From assembly GCA_041686025.1 (NCBI GenBank), contig JAWLEP010000029.1, positions 2,776 to 38,233 of the forward strand: a DNA stretch of 35,458 nucleotides, read 5' to 3'. Positions 1 to 12,153 of the stretch are shown in pieces. Numbering within the stretch: position 1 is the stretch's first letter; each line of letters starts with the position of its first letter. A program made the position numbers and the translations under genes. Under the pieces are notes generated by a model, which saw nothing but the letters and a program-made list of their open reading frames with translations, did no database searches and was not told where the DNA came from. This DNA is from Candidatus Fermentibacteraceae bacterium (GTDB lineage Bacteria; Fermentibacterota; Fermentibacteria; Fermentibacterales; JCC-6).

Positions 1-170
1 TCCAGACGCTCCGTGGGCCAGTCCGGGTACTTACGGAAGGCTGCGTCAAGAAGCGCCCTGGCCAGCCGGAAGGGGGATGGGGGCCACTCCGGGACTCCCT
101 CGTTTACGTTTCGGCCCCAGGGGGTGGCATGGTACCGCCCCGCCGGAAACCGTATCTCCATTACAACCAT
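1..170 (-). CDS. csb2: Type I-G CRISPR Cas5/Cas6 fusion Csb2, N-terminal fragment truncated by window edge
   Basis: Not in the ORF track. Manual translation from ATG at 170 gives MVVMEIRFPAGRYHATPWGRNVNEGVPEWPPSPFRLARALL, the YHATPWG...EWPPSPxRL signature of Csb2. Starts 13 nt after the csb1 stop. Confidence 0.9.
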   Translation of the reverse strand, partial: MVVMEIRFPAGRYHATPWGRNVNEGVPEWPPSPFRLARALLDAAFRKYPDWPTERL

Positions 171-183
171 GGCCGCACCCGGT

Positions 184-1161
184 TCAGCTCTTCTTGAGGA
201 CGACGTCGACGCCCAGCTCGGTAACGGGAGGGCTGGCGAACATGTCCGCGCAGGCATCGATCTGCTCGCGAAGCTCGACCAGCAGGCCGTCCTCCGAGGG
301 GATCGAGACGCCCTCCGGAGCGGTTGCGCGAATGCCGTCCTCCGTTGCCAGGTCGCAGGCGGTTCTGAGACGAAGGCCCGTTCTCAGAAAACGGCGGATC
401 TTGAAGAGGGCGAGGTTCACCAGGAGGTCGGTGGCGGTATCGCCCAGGTCGTAGCTGCGCAGCCGGGCGAGGTCGATGTTGAAGTAGGCCCTGATGTCGC
501 CGGCGGTGTACTCCGTCCTCGTATAGGGCACGTTGCTGTAGACGTCACGCTGCTCGGCTTCCGTCCGCAGCCGGCCCTGGGGGTCGAGGGGGTTGTTCTT
601 GACGCCGCCGGAGACCGCCTCGTTGACGTCGCTGGCCTCTATGAAAGCGGATACGGCCCTGGGGATCCTCATCCTAGCGTCTTTCTTTCCCTCCTTCTTG
701 ACGTTGGAGAGGAAGATACCGTGCAGTAAGGAATTCACGTCGTATTTGAAGAGCGTCTTCGCCAAACGGGTCCAGTCGATAAGCCCTGCGCTTCGATAGC
801 CAGCGTCCTCTAAAAACCTGTTAAGGAAGTCCTCTTGCGAGATGATGTAGGGCGAGTTGAGGCGGTGCGCCTCCAGCAGGGTGGTTGTCTTCACCTGGGC
901 GTCGCCCTCGAGGTTCGCGCGTACGTATGACAGGCCCTCCAGCTCGGGGATGATCTCCCCGTCGGGGGTCATCACCGCCGCCTCCAGCCTGTTGGCCATC
1001 GACTGCGAGGATTCCACCAGCAGCTTGCGGGTGCCGTCGGCCAGCTCGTAGGTGGCCGCGCCGAGCTCGGCGAAGCCGGTGGGCTGGAAGCGGTCTCCCT
1101 GGACGGGGCGGAGCTTCGCCTCGGCCAGCATCCTCGGAGCGTCGTTGAGCTTCTCGATCAT
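184..1161 (-). CDS. csb1: Type I-G CRISPR backbone protein Cas7 (Csb1)
   Basis: Motifs DRFQPTGF, LLVESSQSMANRLE, EAHRLNSPY, SGGVK, LRLRTACDL. ATG at 1161 overlaps the csx17 stop (ATGA) and has GGAGG upstream. Confidence 0.92.
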   Translation of the reverse strand: MIEKLNDAPRMLAEAKLRPVQGDRFQPTGFAELGAATYELADGTRKLLVESSQSMANRLEAAVMTPDGEIIPELEGLSYVRANLEGDAQVKTTTLLEAHRLNSPYIISQEDFLNRFLEDAGYRSAGLIDWTRLAKTLFKYDVNSLLHGIFLSNVKKEGKKDARMRIPRAVSAFIEASDVNEAVSGGVKNNPLDPQGRLRTEAEQRDVYSNVPYTRTEYTAGDIRAYFNIDLARLRSYDLGDTATDLLVNLALFKIRRFLRTGLRLRTACDLATEDGIRATAPEGVSIPSEDGLLVELREQIDACADMFASPPVTELGVDVVLKKS

Positions 1162-3479
1162 TCCTGAACCTCCTTCTCCTTGAGAACAAGTGACTTGAGC
1201 GTGTTCGTGTCCCAGACGGGGAAGAGCAGTGCGGCTGCGAGCCTCACCGGGTCGCAGTCGCATTCCCAGGCAAGCGAAAGGACCGGCAGCTCCGCCACGT
1301 GCCTGAGCCTGGCGGCGGCAAGGTCGCACGCCTCGGATACCCTGCCAGCAGCTGCCAGCCTTAGCACCCTTCCTTCCGCGCCTACCGGTGAGTCGTGGAT
1401 CCTGGGGGTCATCATCAGCTTAAGCAGCGCCCAGCTGCGGGAGATCGGCCTGGGCTCATCCTCCCCGGGCGGGCTGGTCCTCATGCCGGAGTCCCATCTG
1501 ACAAGCGTGAATCCGAAGAGCAGCTCCTCGATTGCGGTCTCGTCCACCAGGCCGTAGATGAAGGGCGAGACCTGACGCGATGAGACCTTGAGCATTGCGT
1601 CGAGAGGCAGGTTTCTCGCATCCAGCCTGCCCATCTCGAGAATTCGCCGGGAGAGCACGGAGATCATCCTTTCGGGCAGACTGGAACCTGTCCAGCACTG
1701 CTGCGAGTCCCCCCACTCCCAAGGGCGCCTTGGATCCACTCCCGATGTGTTGCTGCGGATCGGGCCGACTCCTCCCGTACCCCGGATCGAGGAGAGGGAG
1801 GCGGCCAGAGTCGCCTCCGGGCAGGCGGGGAGGCACTGCCGTACCCATTCCGGTGAAAGCCCCGCAAGGGGGCGGGAGAGGAATCCTTCCGCGCCGTGGT
1901 TCATTCTGGCCAGCCTCATCTCAAAGCGGCCCAGGGCGCGGACGAGTCTCGTGAAGGCGAGGGCAGATGGTCTCCGGCTGGTCTGGAACAGCTCCTCCTC
2001 TATCCTTCGCCTTGCCGTGGAGAGCGCTGCCGGGACATGGTCGCCGTAGCGACGGATGAAGCCGTCCATTCTCTGCAGTATGGGATCCAGCTCATCCAGA
2101 AGCGCAAGCTCAGGACGGTAAGCTACGTCTACCTCCCCGGCCGGCAGGGCCACGTAGCTCTTTCCCCTGCGTACGACGAATGCGTAGCGGGTGAAGCTGG
2201 AGAGGCCGCGGTCGACGCCCAGCTGGCCCAGCGCCCGGCAGAAGTCGATGCCGTTTCTGGCCTGCCTTCTGCCCAGGCTGCTGCGGCCCTCGGCGAACAG
2301 AAAGGCCACCTCACCCAGGGTAGCGGGATTCGACCAGGTGGGCAGCCAGGTCTCGGACTGTCCGTCATCCTGCTGGCTGTCGGAGGAGAAGCCCACGGGG
2401 CTGAAGTCGACGGTGAAGGGAAGGGAGGCTTCCTTCCAGCCGTCTGAGGTGCTGCGCTTCGTGGCCGAGGCGGCCAGCAGCAGCGCTCCCTCGAACACGA
2501 AGAGGTACTCCCAGGGATTGATCTTGAACTTCTTCGTCTCCACGTCTTCGCCCATGTTGTAGCCGCCTGCCCTGCCCGGGTCGAACTGGCCTATGGCCCA
2601 GGAGTCCAGGCCGTCGACGGGTGTGTTGACCAGGGTTGCCCTGAGCAGCCTCTGGGATCCTTCGTCCTCCCCGAGCAGCAGCTGGCTGGCAATGGCCATG
2701 TAGTTCCTGCTGAAGTCCAGGTTGCCGTCGTTGCCTCCCGTGCCCAGCAGTCGGAAGTAGGAGGGGGACTCGCTCGAGGTGATGGCAATGGCGGCGTCGA
2801 ACCAGCGCAGGGACTCCTCCGGGAGCCTTGCCCGACACGCGCCGAGGTTCTCCTTCAGCAGGTTGCGTCGATTCGTGGAGAGGGTTGTCACCCCCTTCTT
2901 GACCTTGCTCTTGAGCCCTTTCCAGAAGGGGGCATGGGATTCGTCCTCCTCCTCGATCCGGCCCGAGAGCAGCTCCATGACGTCCACCGAGGGAGCGTCG
3001 AGCTCCGGGTTCCCCGAGATGATTCCCTCGATGTCGTCCAGGTGGTTGTGGGCCTTTCCGATCTCGGACTTCGAACCCTCCGCGGCCAGTATGCGGAGCC
3101 GGTCCATGAAGTCCCCAAGGCTGCCCAGACCCATATCCAGCTCCGGCCATGTACGGACGCGCCGGATAACTTCCCGGTAGTCCCGGAAGCGGGGATCGTC
3201 GGATGCCATGATCCTGTCCATTCCCTCGCGGTTGTCGTTGGGCCAGAAACCGCTGCCTCCGTTCCAGGGGGATACTATCGGTGTAGGTGCGTAGCGGTTC
3301 AGGATGAAGTCGATGAGGCCGTCAAGGCTCATCTCCGTCTCCAGGACGAATGCCCCATCCTTCCAGAATCCGGCGGCGGCATGATCGGCCTGCTCGGCGG
3401 TGATCCTGAAGACGGCGAGGGCCTTGAGATAGCTTGCCAGGGGCTGGGTGGCACATCCCTCAAGCCTTATCCTGCTCAC
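1158..3479 (-). CDS. csx17: Type I-G large subunit Cas8g (Csx17)
   Basis: Motifs LEGC..PLASYLKAL, SPWNGGSGF, LLGTGGNDGNLDFS, NPWEYLFVFEG, ETWLPTW, LGVDRGL. GTG start at 3479 with GGAGGT RBS. Lies between cas3 and csb1. Confidence 0.9.
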   Translation of the reverse strand: MSRIRLEGCATQPLASYLKALAVFRITAEQADHAAAGFWKDGAFVLETEMSLDGLIDFILNRYAPTPIVSPWNGGSGFWPNDNREGMDRIMASDDPRFRDYREVIRRVRTWPELDMGLGSLGDFMDRLRILAAEGSKSEIGKAHNHLDDIEGIISGNPELDAPSVDVMELLSGRIEEEDESHAPFWKGLKSKVKKGVTTLSTNRRNLLKENLGACRARLPEESLRWFDAAIAITSSESPSYFRLLGTGGNDGNLDFSRNYMAIASQLLLGEDEGSQRLLRATLVNTPVDGLDSWAIGQFDPGRAGGYNMGEDVETKKFKINPWEYLFVFEGALLLAASATKRSTSDGWKEASLPFTVDFSPVGFSSDSQQDDGQSETWLPTWSNPATLGEVAFLFAEGRSSLGRRQARNGIDFCRALGQLGVDRGLSSFTRYAFVVRRGKSYVALPAGEVDVAYRPELALLDELDPILQRMDGFIRRYGDHVPAALSTARRRIEEELFQTSRRPSALAFTRLVRALGRFEMRLARMNHGAEGFLSRPLAGLSPEWVRQCLPACPEATLAASLSSIRGTGGVGPIRSNTSGVDPRRPWEWGDSQQCWTGSSLPERMISVLSRRILEMGRLDARNLPLDAMLKVSSRQVSPFIYGLVDETAIEELLFGFTLVRWDSGMRTSPPGEDEPRPISRSWALLKLMMTPRIHDSPVGAEGRVLRLAAAGRVSEACDLAAARLRHVAELPVLSLAWECDCDPVRLAAALLFPVWDTNTLKSLVLKEKEVQE

Positions 3480-5802
3480 GATCCACCTCCTTTCCCGCAG
3501 CGCTTGCCCGTTCATCGGCCACCTTTATCAGGGCTTCCAGGTATGCCAGTCTGAACGGTCCGAGGCTGTCTCTGAGGGAGATCATCCGCGAGAGCCAGCT
3601 GGCGCCCCGGTAGCCGCGGCCCAGTTCCATCAGCGACAGGTCGAGCAATGTGCGGGGCATCGTTACACCGCCTCCCAGATCCGTCTGCGGAAGCACATCC
3701 CCATCGTAGATGCCCCGGGCAAAGCGCGTCTCGGGATCGTCCGGGGGACGCTCGGTTGGAAGCGAGCGAATCGACAGCCTGACCTTCCCGTGGTGCGCGG
3801 CGGCAAGATACGCTTCCAGATCACTCATTCCACAGGCCAGAGCGGCCAGGCCGGATGCCAGCTCATGGCGGAAGCCCCTCCTGTCGTAGCGTGAGAGGGA
3901 AGGCCCCTTCGCCATTGATTCTCCGGGATTCCGCCCCAGTGCCTTCTGGAAGACTTCATGCGCCTTTCCGGCGTCGTGCCAGCGGGCCGCGGCGAGGAGG
4001 GCGCTGCGATGCTCCTCATCGATGAAGGGAAGCTGTTCAATAACGGACTCCAGCTCGCTGACCACCTGGTCGCTGTGCTCGGATACGGTCTGGAAGGGCG
4101 CCCTCGCATACGAGTCCGAGTCGTTGGAGTCCGAGACCTGTCCGGATGGGGGGAGGGGCGGTGCGGCCCTCCGGCCCTTGCCGGTCCATCCAAGATCGCT
4201 GTCGTAGCCGCCGGAGCTGCAGGGCAGAAGAACCGTCATTCCCGGCCTGAGCCGATGGGGACTGGCCCGTGTCCATGCCCCTTCCAGATAATCCCAGACC
4301 CAGCCCTGCCTCCTGCCCAGGAACTTCGAGAGATCGCCCACCGGTACCGAACACAGCTCTTCTGCGGAGGGGCGTTCCTCGCTCTCATCGGGCGGCTGTT
4401 CAATATCCCTCCAGAAGACCTGAAGATCGGTATCCTCTGTGTCCCTTATGAAACGGGATATGTCCAGGTCTGCCCCGGCCAGGTCGGGCGTTGTGTCGAA
4501 CAGCTCCAGGATGTCGCGCCTTCGGGGAATGTCGCCGGTCTTCGGCTTCCGCTCCACAGGCGGCAGGGACCGCGGCGACGCGTTGGAGATGGCGCGCAGC
4601 TTTTCTACAGAAGCTTCGATTTCTGCGGGCTCATAGGGCGCGAGACTCTTCGGCCTGGAGAGGTCCGGGGGAATCCAGAGAATGTGGGCTGCATTCGACT
4701 CTCCGTATCGATTGCACCTGCCGAAACGCTGAACCATGGATGGCCAGGGCGCGGTATCCGTAACCAGAAGCCTTGAGGTGATGTCCACTCCGGCCTCGAC
4801 AACCTGTGTGGAGACACAGATGCTTCCGGCGGGGCCGGGTTCGGACATGGCCCTGTCCATGGCGGCCGCCCTGTCCGGTGGACGGAACCTGGAGTGGAGA
4901 AGCACAGCTTCGGCATCCGGCTTGAGCTTCATGAGCGATTTGTAGATCCTGACCGCCCTCCGGACGGTGTTGACCACGCAGAGCGTTCGTGTTCCCGGTG
5001 TATGCCGGCTGAGAATCAGCTCGGCTTCAAGCCTCCCCTTTCCGTCAGGCATGAAGCCAGCCTCCTCAAGGGGCTTGTTTGCCTCTGCGCGCGGGCGTAT
5101 CGCGGGCGATGACCAGTCGGCCTCGGAAGGAGCAAGCAGATCGCTTTCCGGGGAGTGATCTATCGTTTTCAGCCACTCAGGCCGTACCGTGGCGCTCATC
5201 CAGAGGGTATGGGCGGGCCCGAAAACACCCATCTCGCTGCGAAAGGCCTGCAGCTGGGCGGAAGTGTCGAGGCCTGCGCCCATGAGCTGGACCTCGTCCA
5301 TGACCCAGAGCGTGTCGTTGTTGAGAAGGCCGAAGTGCAGGGGCCATCGGTAGCGGCTCATGGAGTATCCGCGGTTGAGCCCGCGGGAGAGGAGCATGTC
5401 CTGGGTGCCGACGATCATCGCCTCACCCTCGGGGGCCAGGTCCCATCGCGAGTCGACCTCGCCACCCATGAGCAGGCATACGGCAATACCCTTCCCGCCC
5501 GGCTGCTTCGCCAGCAGGCCGAGACGATCCAGCCAGCGCTCCATGGCCTGGCAGGTCTGCTCGGCCAGCACGCGCATTGGCAGACAGTACACAAGTCTCC
5601 TGGGAGTGGCGTCTCTGATGGGGTCAGCGGCGTATTTCCGGCGCCACAGCCATCCGAGGACGGCTGCCGCCGTCTTGCCCATGCCGGTGGGAACGGAGAT
5701 CGTCTCGGGCAGAGGGCTGGACCCGGCCAGCCTTCCCTGCCAGGGGAAGGGTCTGAAGCCTGTTGCTCTTTCGAAGAAGGTTGCGAAGTCCATTTCCGTC
5801 AT
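3460..5802 (-). CDS. cas3: CRISPR helicase-nuclease Cas3, type I-G architecture (SF2 helicase then C-terminal HD nuclease)
   Basis: Walker A PTGMGKT, DEVQ, SAT, HSRF, TQVVEAGVD, QRFGRCNR. C-terminal HD motifs WHDAGK, RHELAS, AHHGK, ADERAS. ATG at 5802 is preceded by GGAGG. Confidence 0.95.
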   Translation of the reverse strand: MTEMDFATFFERATGFRPFPWQGRLAGSSPLPETISVPTGMGKTAAAVLGWLWRRKYAADPIRDATPRRLVYCLPMRVLAEQTCQAMERWLDRLGLLAKQPGGKGIAVCLLMGGEVDSRWDLAPEGEAMIVGTQDMLLSRGLNRGYSMSRYRWPLHFGLLNNDTLWVMDEVQLMGAGLDTSAQLQAFRSEMGVFGPAHTLWMSATVRPEWLKTIDHSPESDLLAPSEADWSSPAIRPRAEANKPLEEAGFMPDGKGRLEAELILSRHTPGTRTLCVVNTVRRAVRIYKSLMKLKPDAEAVLLHSRFRPPDRAAAMDRAMSEPGPAGSICVSTQVVEAGVDITSRLLVTDTAPWPSMVQRFGRCNRYGESNAAHILWIPPDLSRPKSLAPYEPAEIEASVEKLRAISNASPRSLPPVERKPKTGDIPRRRDILELFDTTPDLAGADLDISRFIRDTEDTDLQVFWRDIEQPPDESEERPSAEELCSVPVGDLSKFLGRRQGWVWDYLEGAWTRASPHRLRPGMTVLLPCSSGGYDSDLGWTGKGRRAAPPLPPSGQVSDSNDSDSYARAPFQTVSEHSDQVVSELESVIEQLPFIDEEHRSALLAAARWHDAGKAHEVFQKALGRNPGESMAKGPSLSRYDRRGFRHELASGLAALACGMSDLEAYLAAAHHGKVRLSIRSLPTERPPDDPETRFARGIYDGDVLPQTDLGGGVTMPRTLLDLSLMELGRGYRGASWLSRMISLRDSLGPFRLAYLEALIKVADERASAAGKEVDREQDKA

Positions 5803-6113
5803 TCTGTCCTCCATTCGGAATGGATGTCGCCACGAGGGGAAACGCAGAAGGCGCGGCCCGGCAGGCGGGAATACCCGGGCCCATTTGCCGGAAGGCTGTT
5901 CTGAAGATGTACGGTGTGTGCGTTAGGCGGAATCGAGACCATTCTACCTCTCATCATTGCGCATTTATTCACTATTAGATACATGATCGGTCGATTCACC
6001 GTCAACGCTGGCCCTCTTTGCCTTGCCGAGGCCGCCCATCGCTCGAGAGGGCCCCAGTCGGATGAGAGACTCAATCCGCAGAAACGGAGAAGAGTCGAGC
6101 AAGACGGGTGCCA

Positions 6114-6146
6114 TCGCAATTATATGCTATCCTGACATTATATTGA
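6114..6146 (-). promoter_or_regulatory. Candidate promoter/operator upstream of the cas operon
   Basis: AT-rich patch with two perfect TATAAT hexamers on the minus strand (6137-6142 and 6119-6124). No convincing -35 element. Confidence 0.4.
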
Positions 6147-6230
6147 TGCTCCTGGCGTGTGTTCTACAGCAGGGGGCGCATTATTTGAAGGTACGGCGCA
6201 GTTCCTGATGGGGCGGCCGGAGGGCAGGGG

Positions 6231-6264
6231 AGGGGACGGGGCGCCGTCCGGCGCCCCGTCCCCT
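6231..6264 (-). terminator. Strong hairpin after the M16 peptidase gene (terminator-like, no U-tract)
   Basis: Perfect inverted repeat aggggacggggcgccg-tc-cggcgccccgtcccct, 7 nt past the stop codon. Confidence 0.65.
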
Positions 6265-6271
6265 GTCTCGG

Positions 6272-8956
6272 TCAGCGGTTCGGCGGCGCCAGGGGGGCCA
6301 GATCCTCCGTGATTCCGCCGGCGATGGAGACGAACCAGCCCGGGCGGTCCAGGTACTCGGCCGCCACCTCCAGCACGTCCTCGGGAGTCAGCTCCACCAC
6401 CTGCCGCAGCCTTCGAATGTCGTGGTCGGGCGCGAACCCCTGCACCGCCGTGCCGGTGAGGTAGCGGGCGATGCTGCCGTAGCTGGAGGCGGAGACGGCG
6501 TGCCTTCCCACCTCGCAGGACTGGGCCAGGCGCAGCTCCACGTCGTCCACGGGCTCGGAGGATATGCGCTCGAACTCCGCCAGGACCGACTGCAGCGCCT
6601 GGGGAGCGTAGTCCGCCCGGGTGGAGAGGTAGGCGCCGAACCTCCCCGCCTCCTCCAGGGATGACAGGTAGGAGCCCACCACGTAGGCCAGGCCCTGCTC
6701 GTCGCGGACCGAGTGGCCCAGCCGCGAGCCTATTCCGGCTCCCAGAATCCGGTTCATGACGCCGAAGGCAACGTAGTCCTCCGAGAGGTATCCGGGGCCG
6801 GGAGCCCCCACCATCACGCCCGCCTGCATCCTTCCCGGCATGGTCTCCACCAGCGTGTCGCCGGCGGCCTCGGGGAAGGGGGGGTACTCGGCCGGCAGCA
6901 GCGTTGACTTGGGGTTGTCCCAGTCCGCGAACAAAGCCTCCGCCATGGCCATGACCTCCCCGGTCTCCACGTCGCCCACCACGGTGATCACCGCCGCCTC
7001 CGGACGGCAGAAGCGCCCGAAGAACTTGAACACCTCCCGGCGGGTGATCCCGTCGAGGGACTCCAGCGTGGTGACGTGCGCCGCCTCCGGCCGCAGGCTG
7101 AGCAGACGGTCGAGGTTGTCCCCGGCCACTCCGAAGACGCTCTCGGCATTGGACTCCACGGAGGCCCGGGCCTCCTCCAGCACCCGCTGCAGATCCTCCT
7201 CGCGCAGGGCGGGTCTTCGGAGCAGGTCGGCCACCGTGCGCATGCCCACGTCCAGGTCCTCGGCGAGCATGGTTATGGACCCGGAGGCGCCGCGGCTGCC
7301 GGCCCCGAAGCTCAGGGAGGCTCCCAGCCGCTCCAGGCGGCGGTGGAACTCCCCGTAGCCCAGCTCGTCCGTTCCCCGCATCATGGTCTCGGCGGTTACG
7401 TCGGCCAGGCCCGCCAGCAGGGGGTCCTCCCGGTAGCGGCCCATGGGCACGCTGAACCGCACCGAGGCGATGGGGAAGGTGTGGTCCTCCAGGACGAAGA
7501 CCCGCAGGCCGTTCTCCAGCACCAGCGAGTCCACGCCGGTGGAGATGGAACGGGAAGGGGGCCTGAGCATGTTCTCCGGTATCTCCAGGCCCTCGTAGCT
7601 GATGGCCTGCGGCTCCTGGACGTCGGTGGGAAGCCGGTCCGGCTCCCCGGCGGCTCCTGCCCGGCCGCCCTCCGGCTCAAGGACGGCCACCGTGGACCTG
7701 TCCGGGTTCAGGAACTGGGCCGCTATGCGCTGGATGTCCTCGGCGGTTACCGTGTCCATGGCCTCCACCTGACGCTGCGTCAGGCGGTGGTCTCCGAAGG
7801 CTGCCATGTCCATGGCCATGCCCAGGGCCATGTGTATGGGGCTGGCCTCGGAGATGATCTCGCCCGCCTGCGTTCGGCGGCGGAGGACATCCAGCTCCTC
7901 CTCCGGCAGGGGGTCGGCGGCCAGGCGGCTCAGCTCGGCCTCCACCGAGTCGATGGCGGCGGGGACGTTGCCTTCGGGAGGAAGGGTCAGCCCGATGACG
8001 AAGAGTCCCGGGTCGATCCCTCCCTCGTTGTAGGCGTAGGCGGAGGTGACCACTCCCGTGCCCACCAGGCTCTGCTCCAGCCAGCTGGACCTGCCGGAGG
8101 ACAGGTAGGATGAGATCATGCTCAGGGCCGGGGTCGCCGGATGGTCCCCGGCCGGGGTGTGGAAGGCCAGCAGCGCCCGGGGGAGGTTGGAGGGATGGGA
8201 GATCTCCACCCGTCTGCGCCCGGTCTGCTGCGGCTCGGTAGCCGAGGGCTCCGGCCCCGGCCCCCTCTCCGGCAGGGCTCCGAAGTACTCCTCCACCATG
8301 GCCATGACGCTGTCGGTCCGGAAGTCGCCCACCAGCGTCAGCACCGCGTTGGACGGGCAGTAGTAGCTCTCGTAGTAGGCCCGGGCCCGGTGGTGGTCGT
8401 AGTCGAGGATGTTCTCGTCGTAGCCGATGATGGGGTTGCCGTAGGGATGGCGCCTGAAGGCCTCCTCCCTCATGGCCTCGTAGAGGGCGCCCGAGGGGCT
8501 GTCGGTGGTTCTCATCCTGCGCTCCTCGTGGACAACTCCCCGCTCGGCCGCCACCTCCGCGGAGTCGATGGTGCAGCCGGTCATCCGGTCGGACTCGATG
8601 CGCAGGGCGTCCTCCAGCCTTCGGGCCGGGAGCATCATGAAGTAGACGGTGAGGTCAGAGCCTGTGAAGGCGTTGGCCCATCCCCCGTCGCGCTGGATGA
8701 TCTGCCAGAACCTGGACTTGGGCATGGAGGGCGTGCCCTTGAACATCAGGTGCTCGCAGAAGTGGCTCATTCCCAGTATGCTGTCGGGCTCGTTGCGTCC
8801 GCCCACCCGGTAGGCGATGGCCGATACCGCCACGGGGGCGTAGTGCATCTCCCTGGTTATCACCGTCAGGCCGTTGTCCAGACGGTGGACCTCCGCCTCT
8901 TCGGCAATCGCCGGCACGGCGGCAAGAAGCGCGGTGAGCAGCAGCAGGATTCGCAT
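6272..8956 (-). CDS. Secreted M16 (pitrilysin/insulinase family) zinc peptidase, fused two-half form
   Basis: Signal peptide MRILLLLTALLAAVPAIA; inverted zincin motif HFCEH, ANAFT, ERGVVHEE. The second half (LENGL, RDEQGLAY) lacks HxxEH. Confidence 0.92.
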   Translation of the reverse strand: MRILLLLTALLAAVPAIAEEAEVHRLDNGLTVITREMHYAPVAVSAIAYRVGGRNEPDSILGMSHFCEHLMFKGTPSMPKSRFWQIIQRDGGWANAFTGSDLTVYFMMLPARRLEDALRIESDRMTGCTIDSAEVAAERGVVHEERRMRTTDSPSGALYEAMREEAFRRHPYGNPIIGYDENILDYDHHRARAYYESYYCPSNAVLTLVGDFRTDSVMAMVEEYFGALPERGPGPEPSATEPQQTGRRRVEISHPSNLPRALLAFHTPAGDHPATPALSMISSYLSSGRSSWLEQSLVGTGVVTSAYAYNEGGIDPGLFVIGLTLPPEGNVPAAIDSVEAELSRLAADPLPEEELDVLRRRTQAGEIISEASPIHMALGMAMDMAAFGDHRLTQRQVEAMDTVTAEDIQRIAAQFLNPDRSTVAVLEPEGGRAGAAGEPDRLPTDVQEPQAISYEGLEIPENMLRPPSRSISTGVDSLVLENGLRVFVLEDHTFPIASVRFSVPMGRYREDPLLAGLADVTAETMMRGTDELGYGEFHRRLERLGASLSFGAGSRGASGSITMLAEDLDVGMRTVADLLRRPALREEDLQRVLEEARASVESNAESVFGVAGDNLDRLLSLRPEAAHVTTLESLDGITRREVFKFFGRFCRPEAAVITVVGDVETGEVMAMAEALFADWDNPKSTLLPAEYPPFPEAAGDTLVETMPGRMQAGVMVGAPGPGYLSEDYVAFGVMNRILGAGIGSRLGHSVRDEQGLAYVVGSYLSSLEEAGRFGAYLSTRADYAPQALQSVLAEFERISSEPVDDVELRLAQSCEVGRHAVSASSYGSIARYLTGTAVQGFAPDHDIRRLRQVVELTPEDVLEVAAEYLDRPGWFVSIAGGITEDLAPLAPPNR

Positions 8957-8958
8957 GA

Positions 8959-12137
<3,179 letters not shown>

Positions 12138-12153
12138 CACCGGAGGTTTGCGC

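Noticed and set aside
5624..6208. Small ORFs upstream of cas3 as anti-CRISPR or regulator genes
   Set aside because: No RBS, HTH or other motif; composition looks non-coding, and several mutually overlapping frames are equally poor.
5803..6271. CRISPR array or mini-array next to cas3
   Set aside because: No regularly spaced repeats. The TGAAG-ending motifs near 5900 and 6185 are about 285 nt apart and share no stem.
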